A stretch of DNA of 64,000 nucleotides from Butyrivibrio sp. (GTDB lineage: Bacteria; Bacillota; Clostridia; Lachnospirales; Lachnospiraceae): positions 10,332-74,331 of the forward strand of contig JAGBMP010000064.1 of the NCBI GenBank assembly GCA_017634825.1, written 5' to 3'. Position 1 is the stretch's first letter; the number at the start of each line of letters is the position of its first letter. The notes under the pieces were generated by a model that was not told the DNA's origin, did no database searches, and saw only the letters and a program-made list of their open reading frames with translations. A program made the position numbers and the translations under genes. Positions 49,086 to 58,599 of this stretch are shown here, one piece after another.

Positions 49086-51142
49086 TAAAAAGAGTGTGGA
49101 AAAACAAAAGAATTACAAAACGAACTCTTTCCACAGTACTCTTAGGAGCACTGCTTTTAGAGCTTTGTGCTCCGATCAAGTCAGAGGCAGCACTTCCCGA
49201 GCAAAAGACACTTACCCTCAAGGCGGCAAGAGCTCTTACGATCCAGAACTCGGATGCCATTGAATCCTGTGAGGATGAGATTTTGTCAAAGACTGCAGCC
49301 TACGAGAGTGCAGTCAAGGCAGTATCCCTTAAGGAGAAGGCTCTGCGTGAGTTCAGATGGTCGCCCCTTCTTAGCTTTAAATTTCCTGAGGATCCTAATT
49401 TTTCGGAGGCCTCCGAGTTTCAGTACAAGCCCCTGGCTGCCAAGTATGAGATAACGGTGGCAGAGCACAAGCTGCAGGACAAGATGTATGAGGTCAATGA
49501 AAAGACCAATAACCTCTATACCGAGATAGTGGTTCTGCAGGAGACCATAAGCTTTAACGAAAAGAGAGTAGCTTCCCTGGAGGAAGGACTTGCTAGAAAT
49601 CAGGCAAAACTCAGGTCCGGTGAAGCCACCAAGGCCGATATTGATAAGATCGAAAAAAAACTGACCAGCACCAAGAGCAAGATCGCTGCTGACAAGAGAA
49701 CTCTTGAGGCGGATCTTAAGAAGCTATCGGATATGGTGGGAATGGATGTCACCACCGGTTATAAATTTGAAAAACCCTATGTGGAAGCAACAATTGAAAG
49801 ATCCATGCTTCCGGCTCTGATGCAGTACACCGAGGACAGGGACGAGACCTATTTTGAGGCCTGCATAGCAGAGACCACAGCAAGGGCAGAGCTTAATACA
49901 AACTCCGGACTTATCAGAAACAAATTCGGAGGAGATTACAACATAATCGCTTCCTACGTTTCCTCCGGACTTAACGGAGAGAAGGTTAACAAAAAAGCAT
50001 TTAAAGCCGCATACAAGAATTTCCTTACCAAGATCGACAGCTATTGGGAAGGCAGTAAGAGAATCCTCTTTATCAAGATCCCGAGGCTTTGGTTTAAGGG
50101 AGATATGGACGGTACCAGATATATCAGTGACGACCCCAACATTCTTTATCAGAATGTTATTGACTATACCAGTGCAGTAAAAGATAAAGAAGCTGCAAAA
50201 AAGGAACTTGACCAGAGCGTCGAGGATGCCTTTAACAATTATATTTCAGTCCGTAATTCCTATAAGCAGTTCCAGACAGATCTGGATTCTGCCGAGGCGA
50301 ACCTGAAAAAGGATGAGATCAGAAACAGGGCAGGAGAGCTCTCCTTTGAGGAATACAATTCCGAGATGGAAAGCTATGAAGAGCTCCAGAACAGTATGCT
50401 GGATGCCATGAAGCTTTACACCACCACACTGTATTCTTTTGACAGACTTACCTGCGGAGGCATCAGTGCTATTCTTTCAGGTACCGATTCCGATATGCAG
50501 ACAGCTGTAGTGGGAGAGAGCTATCCTGAGAAGCAGACCAAGGATGGTGCATATTACACCCTCACTACCATTATCCAGAACCTTGAGTTTGAGCTCGCTG
50601 TCATCATCCCTGATGGCTTTGAAGTTGAAATTACAGATTATGAGCTCTGGGTGGATGGAATACAGGTAGGAACAAGGCTCAAGACAGATCAGAAGCTGAG
50701 GCACCTGTCACTTATTGTAAACAGTGTGACGGAAGCCAAGATCAGGCTATACAACGGAGATAAGTTCGTTGATGACTGTGTCATCGATCCTTCCAAGGAG
50801 TCAGGACCTCTGACTGTAACAAGCGGCTACGATATAAAGAAGAACGAGGCTGCCAAGATTGGAACCTATACAAAAGAAATATTAGAGGATCTTGGTCTGG
50901 TAGAGCTTAAGTTTACAATGGATGATGCCAAGATAAAGAGCTTTAAGATATTGCTTGAAGATGGCAAGGCTCTTGGCGGAGACGAGAAGGTGAGCATTGA
51001 TAAGAACTTCAGGTATATTGAACTTCTAAACAGCTCCCTGGAAGATCTGACAGTAGAGTTCTACGACGAAGGCGGAGGACTTCTGTATAAAGCAAGATTT
51101 GATACAGCAAACGGCAGTATGATCAAAAAGGATGAAGAATAA
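49082..51142 (+). CDS. Secreted TolC/OEP-like helical protein with beta-rich C-terminal domains
   Basis: Signal peptide (...PIKSEA|A). LTLKAARALTIQNS start and duplicated helical halves ending RSGEATKAD and RAGELSFEE, like TolC-family repeats. Confidence 0.6.
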   Translation: MIKRVWKNKRITKRTLSTVLLGALLLELCAPIKSEAALPEQKTLTLKAARALTIQNSDAIESCEDEILSKTAAYESAVKAVSLKEKALREFRWSPLLSFKFPEDPNFSEASEFQYKPLAAKYEITVAEHKLQDKMYEVNEKTNNLYTEIVVLQETISFNEKRVASLEEGLARNQAKLRSGEATKADIDKIEKKLTSTKSKIAADKRTLEADLKKLSDMVGMDVTTGYKFEKPYVEATIERSMLPALMQYTEDRDETYFEACIAETTARAELNTNSGLIRNKFGGDYNIIASYVSSGLNGEKVNKKAFKAAYKNFLTKIDSYWEGSKRILFIKIPRLWFKGDMDGTRYISDDPNILYQNVIDYTSAVKDKEAAKKELDQSVEDAFNNYISVRNSYKQFQTDLDSAEANLKKDEIRNRAGELSFEEYNSEMESYEELQNSMLDAMKLYTTTLYSFDRLTCGGISAILSGTDSDMQTAVVGESYPEKQTKDGAYYTLTTIIQNLEFELAVIIPDGFEVEITDYELWVDGIQVGTRLKTDQKLRHLSLIVNSVTEAKIRLYNGDKFVDDCVIDPSKESGPLTVTSGYDIKKNEAAKIGTYTKEILEDLGLVELKFTMDDAKIKSFKILLEDGKALGGDEKVSIDKNFRYIELLNSSLEDLTVEFYDEGGGLLYKARFDTANGSMIKKDEE

Positions 51143-53839
51143 ATGAAGAAAGTTTTAAGTGGTTCATCCAAGTTAATAAAGAAATTTTTAGTGCTTTCGC
51201 TGATCGCAGCTCTTTTGGGCACCATGTTTGGGAAAACCATAGAGACCGAAGCCGTATTTGATAAGGACCAGGCTATCACATATCAGGATTTCGCTTCCAA
51301 GGTCACTGTGGATGACTGCGTGCTGTTTATCGGTACCTATATCATCCACAAGGATGCCCTCAACAATCAGCTCAGCGAGAAGGCAAAACAGTCAGCAGCT
51401 GAATCCGGACAGAGCAATGTTTATTACAAGTCTGAGGCCGGAGATGGTAATTGGTTCAACATCGGTGATATTGAAAACGGTGTAAAGGGAATATCCACAG
51501 AAGGTAACCCGGAAAATATCCAGACTATCAATCCTCTCTATGTGACCTATTACGTAGGCAAAGACGGAATACTGAAGGATGCCAAGACAATGGCTTCAAA
51601 GAATCCTTTTGATATTCCGGATCCTTATGATCTTTCATCCCTGATCGAGCTTGAGCCCATCAGAAGTCAGTACACAGACTCACAGACGGCCACAAGTATA
51701 TCTCAGTCAGACTTTTTGAGCAATAAGGGATCAAAAGACAGCGGAACCATGAGATCAGATGTCTATTACTATCAGATCCTCAGCACTTTCTTTTCTCTTG
51801 ACCTTAGGGATGCACAGACAAATAAGTGTGACCAGCAGCTGCAGAGTTTAAATGGAATTTATTTGTCTCTTAAGAGTCAGGGAAAAGAAGAAGAGGCAGC
51901 TCTTGTCTTTTCACTTATGGAAAAGGTTGATGCCACAAGAAGAGCTCTCATCATGGAAAGACTTGCAATGCTGGATGAGAATCTTTTAAATACTCTCAAC
52001 ACTCTGGCAAGCGGAGATTACTACACGCCCTACGGAAACTTTAAGGATTCAAGTTCGGCGAATTCTACGGCGACGTATGACTACACAATAGAGCTTCAGG
52101 ATTCCCTTAAGCATAACTTTACAGGTACAAACAATGCAAGCAGCTTTGTTCAGTCCCTATTTAGCAGTATTGGGGTTACAAGCTCTTCATCAGGCTGGTG
52201 GACGGTGCTTGAAAAGTATGAGTCAGACAGGAGTAAAAGGGATCAGGAAGCCAATAAGGATAACGAAGATTATGTTCAGGACAAGTCACAGAACGAGTAT
52301 CCCTTCTCTGCCGACGAGCAGTTGGTTGAGGCCATCGGAACAGCTATAGGCAACTGTGCAAACAGTTACACCACATATCTTTCCAAGGCACTGGTGGATA
52401 CTGATGATATATTGGGGCATGCCATTTACGATTACAGTTCCCAGGTAATTGCACAGACTTCCGGGACTACACTCTCAGGGCCCATTGATAACCTTAAGCA
52501 TGCAACAAATATCAAGGACAATAAGATAAGTGACAAGGAGGGAGAACTTCAGCTCCTTAAGAATTCCCTTATTGACATGGCAGCCAACAAATACTTTGCA
52601 TCTGCAACAGAAGGGGCCGGTCCGGATTATTCACAACAGTCATCCGAAGGTTCCAAGAAAAGTTATCTTGAGGATCAGAAGGCTAAGGAAGAGTCCTACA
52701 GAACCATGCTTGAGTATCTGATCGAAGCCAGAAGACAGAGGGAAACCCCGGCTGACTGCCTCGAATATGTAAATCAGAGAATCAAGGATACAGAATCGCT
52801 TTTAACAAGTATTCCGGCGGATGATTACAAGACATACTCAACATCCTCGGTTCAGGCACATCTTGCATGGCTGAGGGCTGAGGTTCAGAAGATAATAGAC
52901 TCTGATGAATCTTTAAAGAGTAAGACCCAGAAGCTCCTCGATAAAAAGAAAGAGCTTCAGGCAAAGAGAGATGCCTGCCTTGATAACAACGATCTGTCCG
53001 GAGCAGCAGCCTACGACGCCAAGATAAAGGCTGTTGATCAGGATATAGCTGCAGAGGGCGGAGATACATCTTCTCTTACAGATAAGCTTGTAGACAAGGC
53101 TATGGATAAGCTGGCAGATAATGCCAATGCGGATCTTTCGGGAATAGCGGATGCTCTTGCACAAGTGGGGGCTAATGACAAGCTCAATGACCTATCCAAA
53201 AAAGCTGCGGATTCCGGCGCATCTGCAAATACCCTGGCAGGTATAAACAGTGCAAAGAACAGCCAGACAAACTCTGTTGATTCAGATGCTCTGCTTGCTC
53301 AGCTGGAAGCTCTTTTCGGAAAGTCTCTGGATGAGATGAAGGATGATGAGCTTGCAGTTGCCGGAGCTACAGTTTCAAGGCTCTCAAGAATGGGCATCAC
53401 ACCGGCTGAGTCCCTCACCAAGCTCATTGTAAATAAACTTGTGGACAACAAAAACAGATTTACATACCTTCAGTACACCGGCAGCAAATCATATGAATAT
53501 ATCAGTATGTCCACCCTCTCAAGGTGCAGCAATTTCAGATATTTTTATGATGATGCCAGGGCTACCGCCACAATGACGAAGGGTTCTACGATCTACATTT
53601 TCAGAAGGGGCTCAGATGAGATGTACAAACAGAGCACCGAGACTGAACCTGAGAAATTAAAGCTGGCCATTGTCAGTGACGGAACCGTTCACATAGGTGA
53701 AGATGATGCCAATACATATTTCAAGTGCATCTCCGAGTACTGCTACGGAACAAATTATGCAATATGCCTTACAGCTTCCAGGCAGACCAAGGTAGAAGAG
53801 TATACAAAATCTTTGCAGGAATTCTTTAACCAGCAGTAA
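51143..53839 (+). CDS. Large secreted hypothetical protein (possible copper-amine-oxidase-N-like C-terminal domain)
   Basis: Signal peptide (...TIETEA|V), helical/coiled-coil body, C-terminal YFYDDARATATMTKGSTIYIFRRGS beta domain. Confidence 0.7.
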   Translation: MKKVLSGSSKLIKKFLVLSLIAALLGTMFGKTIETEAVFDKDQAITYQDFASKVTVDDCVLFIGTYIIHKDALNNQLSEKAKQSAAESGQSNVYYKSEAGDGNWFNIGDIENGVKGISTEGNPENIQTINPLYVTYYVGKDGILKDAKTMASKNPFDIPDPYDLSSLIELEPIRSQYTDSQTATSISQSDFLSNKGSKDSGTMRSDVYYYQILSTFFSLDLRDAQTNKCDQQLQSLNGIYLSLKSQGKEEEAALVFSLMEKVDATRRALIMERLAMLDENLLNTLNTLASGDYYTPYGNFKDSSSANSTATYDYTIELQDSLKHNFTGTNNASSFVQSLFSSIGVTSSSSGWWTVLEKYESDRSKRDQEANKDNEDYVQDKSQNEYPFSADEQLVEAIGTAIGNCANSYTTYLSKALVDTDDILGHAIYDYSSQVIAQTSGTTLSGPIDNLKHATNIKDNKISDKEGELQLLKNSLIDMAANKYFASATEGAGPDYSQQSSEGSKKSYLEDQKAKEESYRTMLEYLIEARRQRETPADCLEYVNQRIKDTESLLTSIPADDYKTYSTSSVQAHLAWLRAEVQKIIDSDESLKSKTQKLLDKKKELQAKRDACLDNNDLSGAAAYDAKIKAVDQDIAAEGGDTSSLTDKLVDKAMDKLADNANADLSGIADALAQVGANDKLNDLSKKAADSGASANTLAGINSAKNSQTNSVDSDALLAQLEALFGKSLDEMKDDELAVAGATVSRLSRMGITPAESLTKLIVNKLVDNKNRFTYLQYTGSKSYEYISMSTLSRCSNFRYFYDDARATATMTKGSTIYIFRRGSDEMYKQSTETEPEKLKLAIVSDGTVHIGEDDANTYFKCISEYCYGTNYAICLTASRQTKVEEYTKSLQEFFNQQ

Positions 53840-53853
53840 GAAAGGCTAAAAAC

Positions 53854-54447
53854 ATGGCTGATTACCCTATAATTTCGGATGTAAGTCAATTTATAGTTCA
53901 GACACTTAGGGAGAAGATGTGCCCCGAACCGATCCCGTCTCCCAACAACATCGAGGTTTCATCACCGCTATCGCAGGATGTTGACTATCTGGTGGGACTG
54001 TATCTCTACGACATTAAAGAAGACATGGAGGTTACAAGACCCAGATTTATCCAGAAGGGAAGGGCAGAAATAACCAAACCGCCAACACCATATGCTCTTT
54101 ATTATATGGTTTTTATTAACGGATCCGGCCAGATGGGCCTCAAGGATTCGGATATGCAAAAAATCATTGGGAAAATCGCGCAAATAGTGAACGACAACAG
54201 TTCCGTACTTCCCAATGAACTCCAGTCATGGCTCGACACTCAGGAACCTCCAATTGTACTGTCTCAGGCGAAGATAAGTCTGGAGGAGAAGGTGAGGGTG
54301 TGGCAGGCCATCAACAAGCCTTATCAGATGAGCCTGTTCTACAGGGCGGCCCCGGTGTATCTGTCAAGCGGAGAGATCATCAAGACTCCTCGCGTAACCG
54401 ATGCGAGCTTTGAACTTGGAATCACTGGCGAAGAAAGGGGGATATAG
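53854..54447 (+). CDS. DUF4255 / Pvc16-Afp16-like CIS cap protein
   Basis: IISDVS, GLYLYDIKED, PP...LYYM, SLEEKVRVWQAI, SLFYRAAPV; position ahead of the sheath. Confidence 0.85.
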   Translation: MADYPIISDVSQFIVQTLREKMCPEPIPSPNNIEVSSPLSQDVDYLVGLYLYDIKEDMEVTRPRFIQKGRAEITKPPTPYALYYMVFINGSGQMGLKDSDMQKIIGKIAQIVNDNSSVLPNELQSWLDTQEPPIVLSQAKISLEEKVRVWQAINKPYQMSLFYRAAPVYLSSGEIIKTPRVTDASFELGITGEERGI

Positions 54448-54454
54448 CAGATAA

Positions 54455-55282
54455 GTGACAACACTGATTTCAGCTAAACTCACACTGGCAGTAAGACTTA
54501 TCGATACCACAACAGGTAGAGATATTACTGAACCGAATGTTCGTTTCACCATTGATGGGAATGACTTTATGCCCATGAAAAAGGGAGACGGCTTGTATGC
54601 ATTCGTAAACGTAGGCAGGGATGACTTTCTTATGCAGATTGACGTTTACGGATATGATACTAAGGTTATTCCGGTGATTAAAGAAGAGCTGGATCAAAAA
54701 CTCCCTATGCTTGATGTTTTCCTGATGCCATCAGAGAAAAATCGGGCGTACGGTGAAGTACTTGAAGTATACGGAACCCTTTCGGATCTTTCGTACATCG
54801 AGGCGATAAATTTAAATCGTCCGATAGCTCTGTTCCATAGCAGTCAGACTAAAAAAGAAGTACACAAGATATCGCTTCTTTCCATGACTCCCGGAGGAGG
54901 TGTTAGCCTGGATTCACTTGAGTATGCGCTTTTAAGTGAAACGGGAAGCTTTTATGACACCTTTAAGGTTTTGGAACAGGACTCCACAACAACTGTCCGT
55001 ATAAGTAAAGCCCTGAGAAATGAGCACAAACTTAACGACAGGATCTTCCGTATCCTATACGGAGATGTAAAACCCGAAGGTGATTTTGTTTTGAAAGTAC
55101 GGGATGACGCAAGCTCTCTCCCTCATCTGCTGCATTTTGTCGCAGGTGAAAAAGAATATTTCAGAGAGATTGATATTCACCTCGAAACCGGAGAAATAGA
55201 TTTACTTGAGGGAGCAGTAGAATATAAGCCTATTGAGCAGGAAGAAGAACAGGATAAGGCGGAAGGAGGCACTGAACATTGA
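54455..55282 (+). CDS. CIS-associated hypothetical protein (carboxypeptidase-regulatory/transthyretin-like N-domain)
   Basis: LAVRLIDTTTGR...KGDGLYAF...IDVYGY beta-sandwich pattern; lies between cap and sheath. Confidence 0.65.
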   Translation: MTTLISAKLTLAVRLIDTTTGRDITEPNVRFTIDGNDFMPMKKGDGLYAFVNVGRDDFLMQIDVYGYDTKVIPVIKEELDQKLPMLDVFLMPSEKNRAYGEVLEVYGTLSDLSYIEAINLNRPIALFHSSQTKKEVHKISLLSMTPGGGVSLDSLEYALLSETGSFYDTFKVLEQDSTTTVRISKALRNEHKLNDRIFRILYGDVKPEGDFVLKVRDDASSLPHLLHFVAGEKEYFREIDIHLETGEIDLLEGAVEYKPIEQEEEQDKAEGGTEH

Positions 55283-55668
55283 GTTTACTTGTAACGGCTA
55301 CCGGAACTTGTATGTGCACTATGGGAACAGCTCCGGCACCGATCAAAGTGACAAGTCAGGCTAAGGTTTTGGCAGGAGGAAAGCCCTGCGGAACAATTCA
55401 GGATGCCACGCCAATGGCAAACGTAGGACCCTTCGGGATGTGTACATCCCTTGCAAATCCTCAGGTTGCAGCAGCAACAGCAGCGGCTATGGGAGTACTT
55501 ACTCCTCAGCCATGCATACCGGCACCAGCCGGAATGTGGATTCCTACCAAGCCCAAGGTACTTATCGGCGGAAAGCCCTGTCTGGCCCAGGACTGCAAAA
55601 TGATGTGCGCCTATGCAGGCCAGATATCAATTGTAAATCCCGCTCAGGCAAAAGCAAATGCACAGTAA
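55279..55668 (+). CDS. DUF4280 PAAR-like spike-tip protein
   Basis: CMCTMG, NVGPFGMC, ANPQVAAATAAAMGVLTPQPC, W, MCAYAGQI. Confidence 0.9.
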   Translation: MSLLVTATGTCMCTMGTAPAPIKVTSQAKVLAGGKPCGTIQDATPMANVGPFGMCTSLANPQVAAATAAAMGVLTPQPCIPAPAGMWIPTKPKVLIGGKPCLAQDCKMMCAYAGQISIVNPAQAKANAQ

Positions 55669-55692
55669 AATCAAAGAAAAGAGGTAAAGTAT

Positions 55693-57393
55693 ATGGCAGA
55701 GTATTTATCACCAGGCGTATACGTTGAAGAATATGATAATTCTCCCAGAAGTATCGAAGGCGTTGGTACCAGTACCGCTGGCTTTATCGGACTTGCGGAG
55801 AAAGGCCCCGTTGAAGGAGCACCACAGCTCGTAACCAACATGAGAAGCTTCAAGCAGCAGTTTGGTGGCTTTCTTTCAGAGTTTGGATATGGCGAGTATC
55901 GTTTTTTGGCAAACAGCGTTGAGCAGTTCTTTGATAACGGCGGAACAAGATGCTATGTAATGCGTGTTGCTCCCAAGGATGCAAAGCCTGCATCTGCCAA
56001 GAAGGGTATTCTTAACGTAACTGCATCAAGTCCCGGAGCATGGGGTAACAAGATTCAGGTTATGCTCTCTACAAATACAAAGAGAAAAATGCAGATCATC
56101 GAGAAGACCGATGCCGGTTTTATCGCTAAGTCTGTAGAGGGCTTCAGAGAAGGCGATCTTGTTGAGTTCGAAGGAACATATACAAGGATCAAGACCATCT
56201 TTGACAGAGAAGTAACCTTTGAGGATGATCTTCCGGACAGCGTAGTTGATACAGATATCATCCCTAAGGCAGTTATTTATCTCGTTACCATCGACATGAC
56301 AATTCGTTATGGCGATGATGTTGAGAATTATCCGGAACTTTCGGTAAACACTCAGTCACCGAGATTCATAGGCGCAAGAGTAGCTTCATCTGACATCGTT
56401 AAGATCGAAGTAAATCCTATGAAGAAGGCTGCAAATCCTGTAGCTGATATTCTTGGCGAAGAAGTAACAGACGGAGTATTCTTCCTTGAGGGCGGATCAG
56501 ACGGTTCTGTTTCCAAGGTAGATCCTTCAACCTTTATCGGTGAGGACAACGGCCCCGGAAAGAGGACAGGACTTGCGGCTTTCGTTGAGAACAACATTGT
56601 CAGCATGCTGGCAATCCCCGGCATAACAATGCCCGAGGTTGTAGTTGCTCTTGTAGGACACTGCGAGAGACTCAGAAGCCGCTTTGCAGTTCTCGATATG
56701 CCTAAGGAAATGACCAAGACGGCAGATCTTATCGGATACAGACAGATGGTAGATTCCACATACTGTGCTATGTATCATCCATGGATCCAGGTATTTGACA
56801 GATCTTCCAACAAGTCAGACTACATTCCTCCGTCAGGAGCTGTAATGGGTGTTTACTCAAGAACAGATATTGACCGCGGTGTACACAAAGCACCTGCTAA
56901 CGAAGTTGTATTCTGTACAGGTCTTTCTGTTAACTATACCAAGGATGAGCAGGATATCTTGAATCCTGAGGGAATCAACCTCATCAGAACTCTTCCCGGA
57001 CAGGGCATCAGAATTTGGGGCGCAAGAACAGCTTCCAGCAACAGCGCATTCAAATATGTCAACGTCCGCAGATTGTTCATCTTCGTTGAAGAGAGTATCA
57101 AGGCCAATACTAACTGGGTTGTATTTGAGCCCAATGATCCTACTCTTTGGCAGAGGGTCAACCTCACAATTTCCAACTTCCTCGACGGACTTTGGAGAAA
57201 CGGAATGCTCGCAGGCAGCACCTCTTCAGAGAGCTATTTCGTAGAGATCGGACCTTCCACCATGACAAGAGATGACATCATGAACGGAAGACTTATCTGT
57301 AACATTGGTATAGCACCATCCCGTCCGGCAGAGTTCGTAATCTTCAGAGTAACTCAGCATACTTCAGAAGCCGGTGGTGGCTCAGAAGAATAA
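55693..57393 (+). CDS. Contractile tail sheath protein (Afp2/3/4-like)
   Basis: YLSPGVYVEE, FFDNGG, RFAVLD, YHPW, PPSG, RGVHKAPAN, GIRIWGART, YVNVRRL, WVVFEPND, RPAEFVIFR. Confidence 0.96.
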   Translation: MAEYLSPGVYVEEYDNSPRSIEGVGTSTAGFIGLAEKGPVEGAPQLVTNMRSFKQQFGGFLSEFGYGEYRFLANSVEQFFDNGGTRCYVMRVAPKDAKPASAKKGILNVTASSPGAWGNKIQVMLSTNTKRKMQIIEKTDAGFIAKSVEGFREGDLVEFEGTYTRIKTIFDREVTFEDDLPDSVVDTDIIPKAVIYLVTIDMTIRYGDDVENYPELSVNTQSPRFIGARVASSDIVKIEVNPMKKAANPVADILGEEVTDGVFFLEGGSDGSVSKVDPSTFIGEDNGPGKRTGLAAFVENNIVSMLAIPGITMPEVVVALVGHCERLRSRFAVLDMPKEMTKTADLIGYRQMVDSTYCAMYHPWIQVFDRSSNKSDYIPPSGAVMGVYSRTDIDRGVHKAPANEVVFCTGLSVNYTKDEQDILNPEGINLIRTLPGQGIRIWGARTASSNSAFKYVNVRRLFIFVEESIKANTNWVVFEPNDPTLWQRVNLTISNFLDGLWRNGMLAGSTSSESYFVEIGPSTMTRDDIMNGRLICNIGIAPSRPAEFVIFRVTQHTSEAGGGSEE

Positions 57394-57430
57394 TAAACGG
57401 GAAAATAAAAATAGAAAGGAGTCATAGAAT

Positions 57431-57931
57431 ATGGCTACTGGAGCATATGATAATGGTAATCAATCAGCTTATCCATTAACCAAAATGAACTTCCTCGTGA
57501 CGGTTGATTCCATCGCGGGAACAGCTGCTTTTTCGGAGGTTACCGGAATTGAAGCTACGGTTGATGTTATTGAGTTCCGTCAGGGCAACTCAGGGTCACT
57601 GGCACCTGTAAAGGTTCCCGGACTTGTTAAACACGGAAATGTAACTCTGAAGATGGGTTATGTTATTTCAAGCCCCTTCAAGACATGGGTTATGGAGTGT
57701 GTATCAGAGATGCGTGGACAGATCCCGCGTCAGAACGTTACTATCGAGCTTATCGATATTAACTCCGGTGCACCTTCAGGGGCTGTTACATCTTCTCAGG
57801 GCACACGTCAGTGGACACTGACCAATGCCTGGGTTACAAAGTACACAGCACCTGATCTTGATGCCAAGAACAGTGATATCGCAATCGAGTCTGTAGAGAT
57901 TGCATACGAAGAGCTGGTAATTCCTAACTAA
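57431..57931 (+). CDS. Tail tube protein (T4 gp19 / Afp1-like)
   Basis: YPLTKMNFLV, FSEVTG, IEFRQG, KVPGLVKHGNVTLKMG, WTLTNAWVTKY, LDA...IAIESVEIAYE. Confidence 0.95.
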   Translation: MATGAYDNGNQSAYPLTKMNFLVTVDSIAGTAAFSEVTGIEATVDVIEFRQGNSGSLAPVKVPGLVKHGNVTLKMGYVISSPFKTWVMECVSEMRGQIPRQNVTIELIDINSGAPSGAVTSSQGTRQWTLTNAWVTKYTAPDLDAKNSDIAIESVEIAYEELVIPN

Positions 57932-57950
57932 AGATATTTACTTGTTTTTA

Positions 57951-57978
57951 AGGTGCAGGAGCTGTGGCTCCTGCATCT
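57951..57978 (+). other. Strong stem-loop after tube gene (no U-tract)
   Basis: aggtgcaggagc-tgtg-gctcctgcatct. Confidence 0.6.
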
Positions 57979-58003
57979 CATAAAGCAAATAAGACGATAA
58001 AAA

Positions 58004-58378
58004 ATGGAGGAAAGTATGGAAACTATTTATGAATTTACACTGCCAAAGGGATATATGGATTCACAGGGAGAACTTCACAGAAGAGGAAGGATGAGGCTGG
58101 CAACAGCAGGTGATGAGATATCTGCAACCAGAGACCCCAGAGTTCTTGCAAATCCGTCATACCTTACGATAGTTCTTTTGTCAAAGGTCGTAACCGAGCT
58201 TGAGGGAATGGATTCAGTTACCGCAACAACCATTGAGCAGCTCTTTACAGCAGATCTTGCGTATCTTCAGGATATGTATCAGAGGATAAATGATGTGGAG
58301 CCACCGGTTATGCAGTGCATATGTCCGGATTGCGGAAGAGTCTTTGAGGTACCGATAAATTTTACACAGGAGGGATAA
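58004..58378 (+). CDS. CIS tail assembly chaperone
   Basis: EFTLPKGY, GRMRLATAGDEI, DPRV..NPSYL, LFTADLAYLQDMYQRIN, CPDCG; position after the tube. Confidence 0.85.
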   Translation: MEESMETIYEFTLPKGYMDSQGELHRRGRMRLATAGDEISATRDPRVLANPSYLTIVLLSKVVTELEGMDSVTATTIEQLFTADLAYLQDMYQRINDVEPPVMQCICPDCGRVFEVPINFTQEG

Positions 58379-58578
58379 GGCTTTATCCGAAGGATGAGTT
58401 GTACCGGGAGATGAGTTTTATATCTTATTATTTCCACTGGAGTCAGGAAGAAGTACTTAACATGGAGCATGCCGAGAGGCGCCGGTGGTGCAATGAGATA
58501 TCCAGCATAAACAAGAGTCTTAACCCCTCTAAGAAGAGTAAAGAAAAGAGCATTCTTGATATGAAACCAACCAGATAA
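58357..58578 (+). CDS. DUF6760-like ORF in the -1 frame (probable frameshift extension of the chaperone; first ATG at 58411)
   Basis: Not in the ORF track. KFYTGGIRLYPKDELYREMSFISYYFHWSQEEVLNMEHAERRRWCNEISSIN...TR*. Confidence 0.8.
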   Translation, partial: KFYTGGIRLYPKDELYREMSFISYYFHWSQEEVLNMEHAERRRWCNEISSINKSLNPSKKSKEKSILDMKPTR

Positions 58579-58599
58579 GAATGTTAAAGAGGTAGTTAT

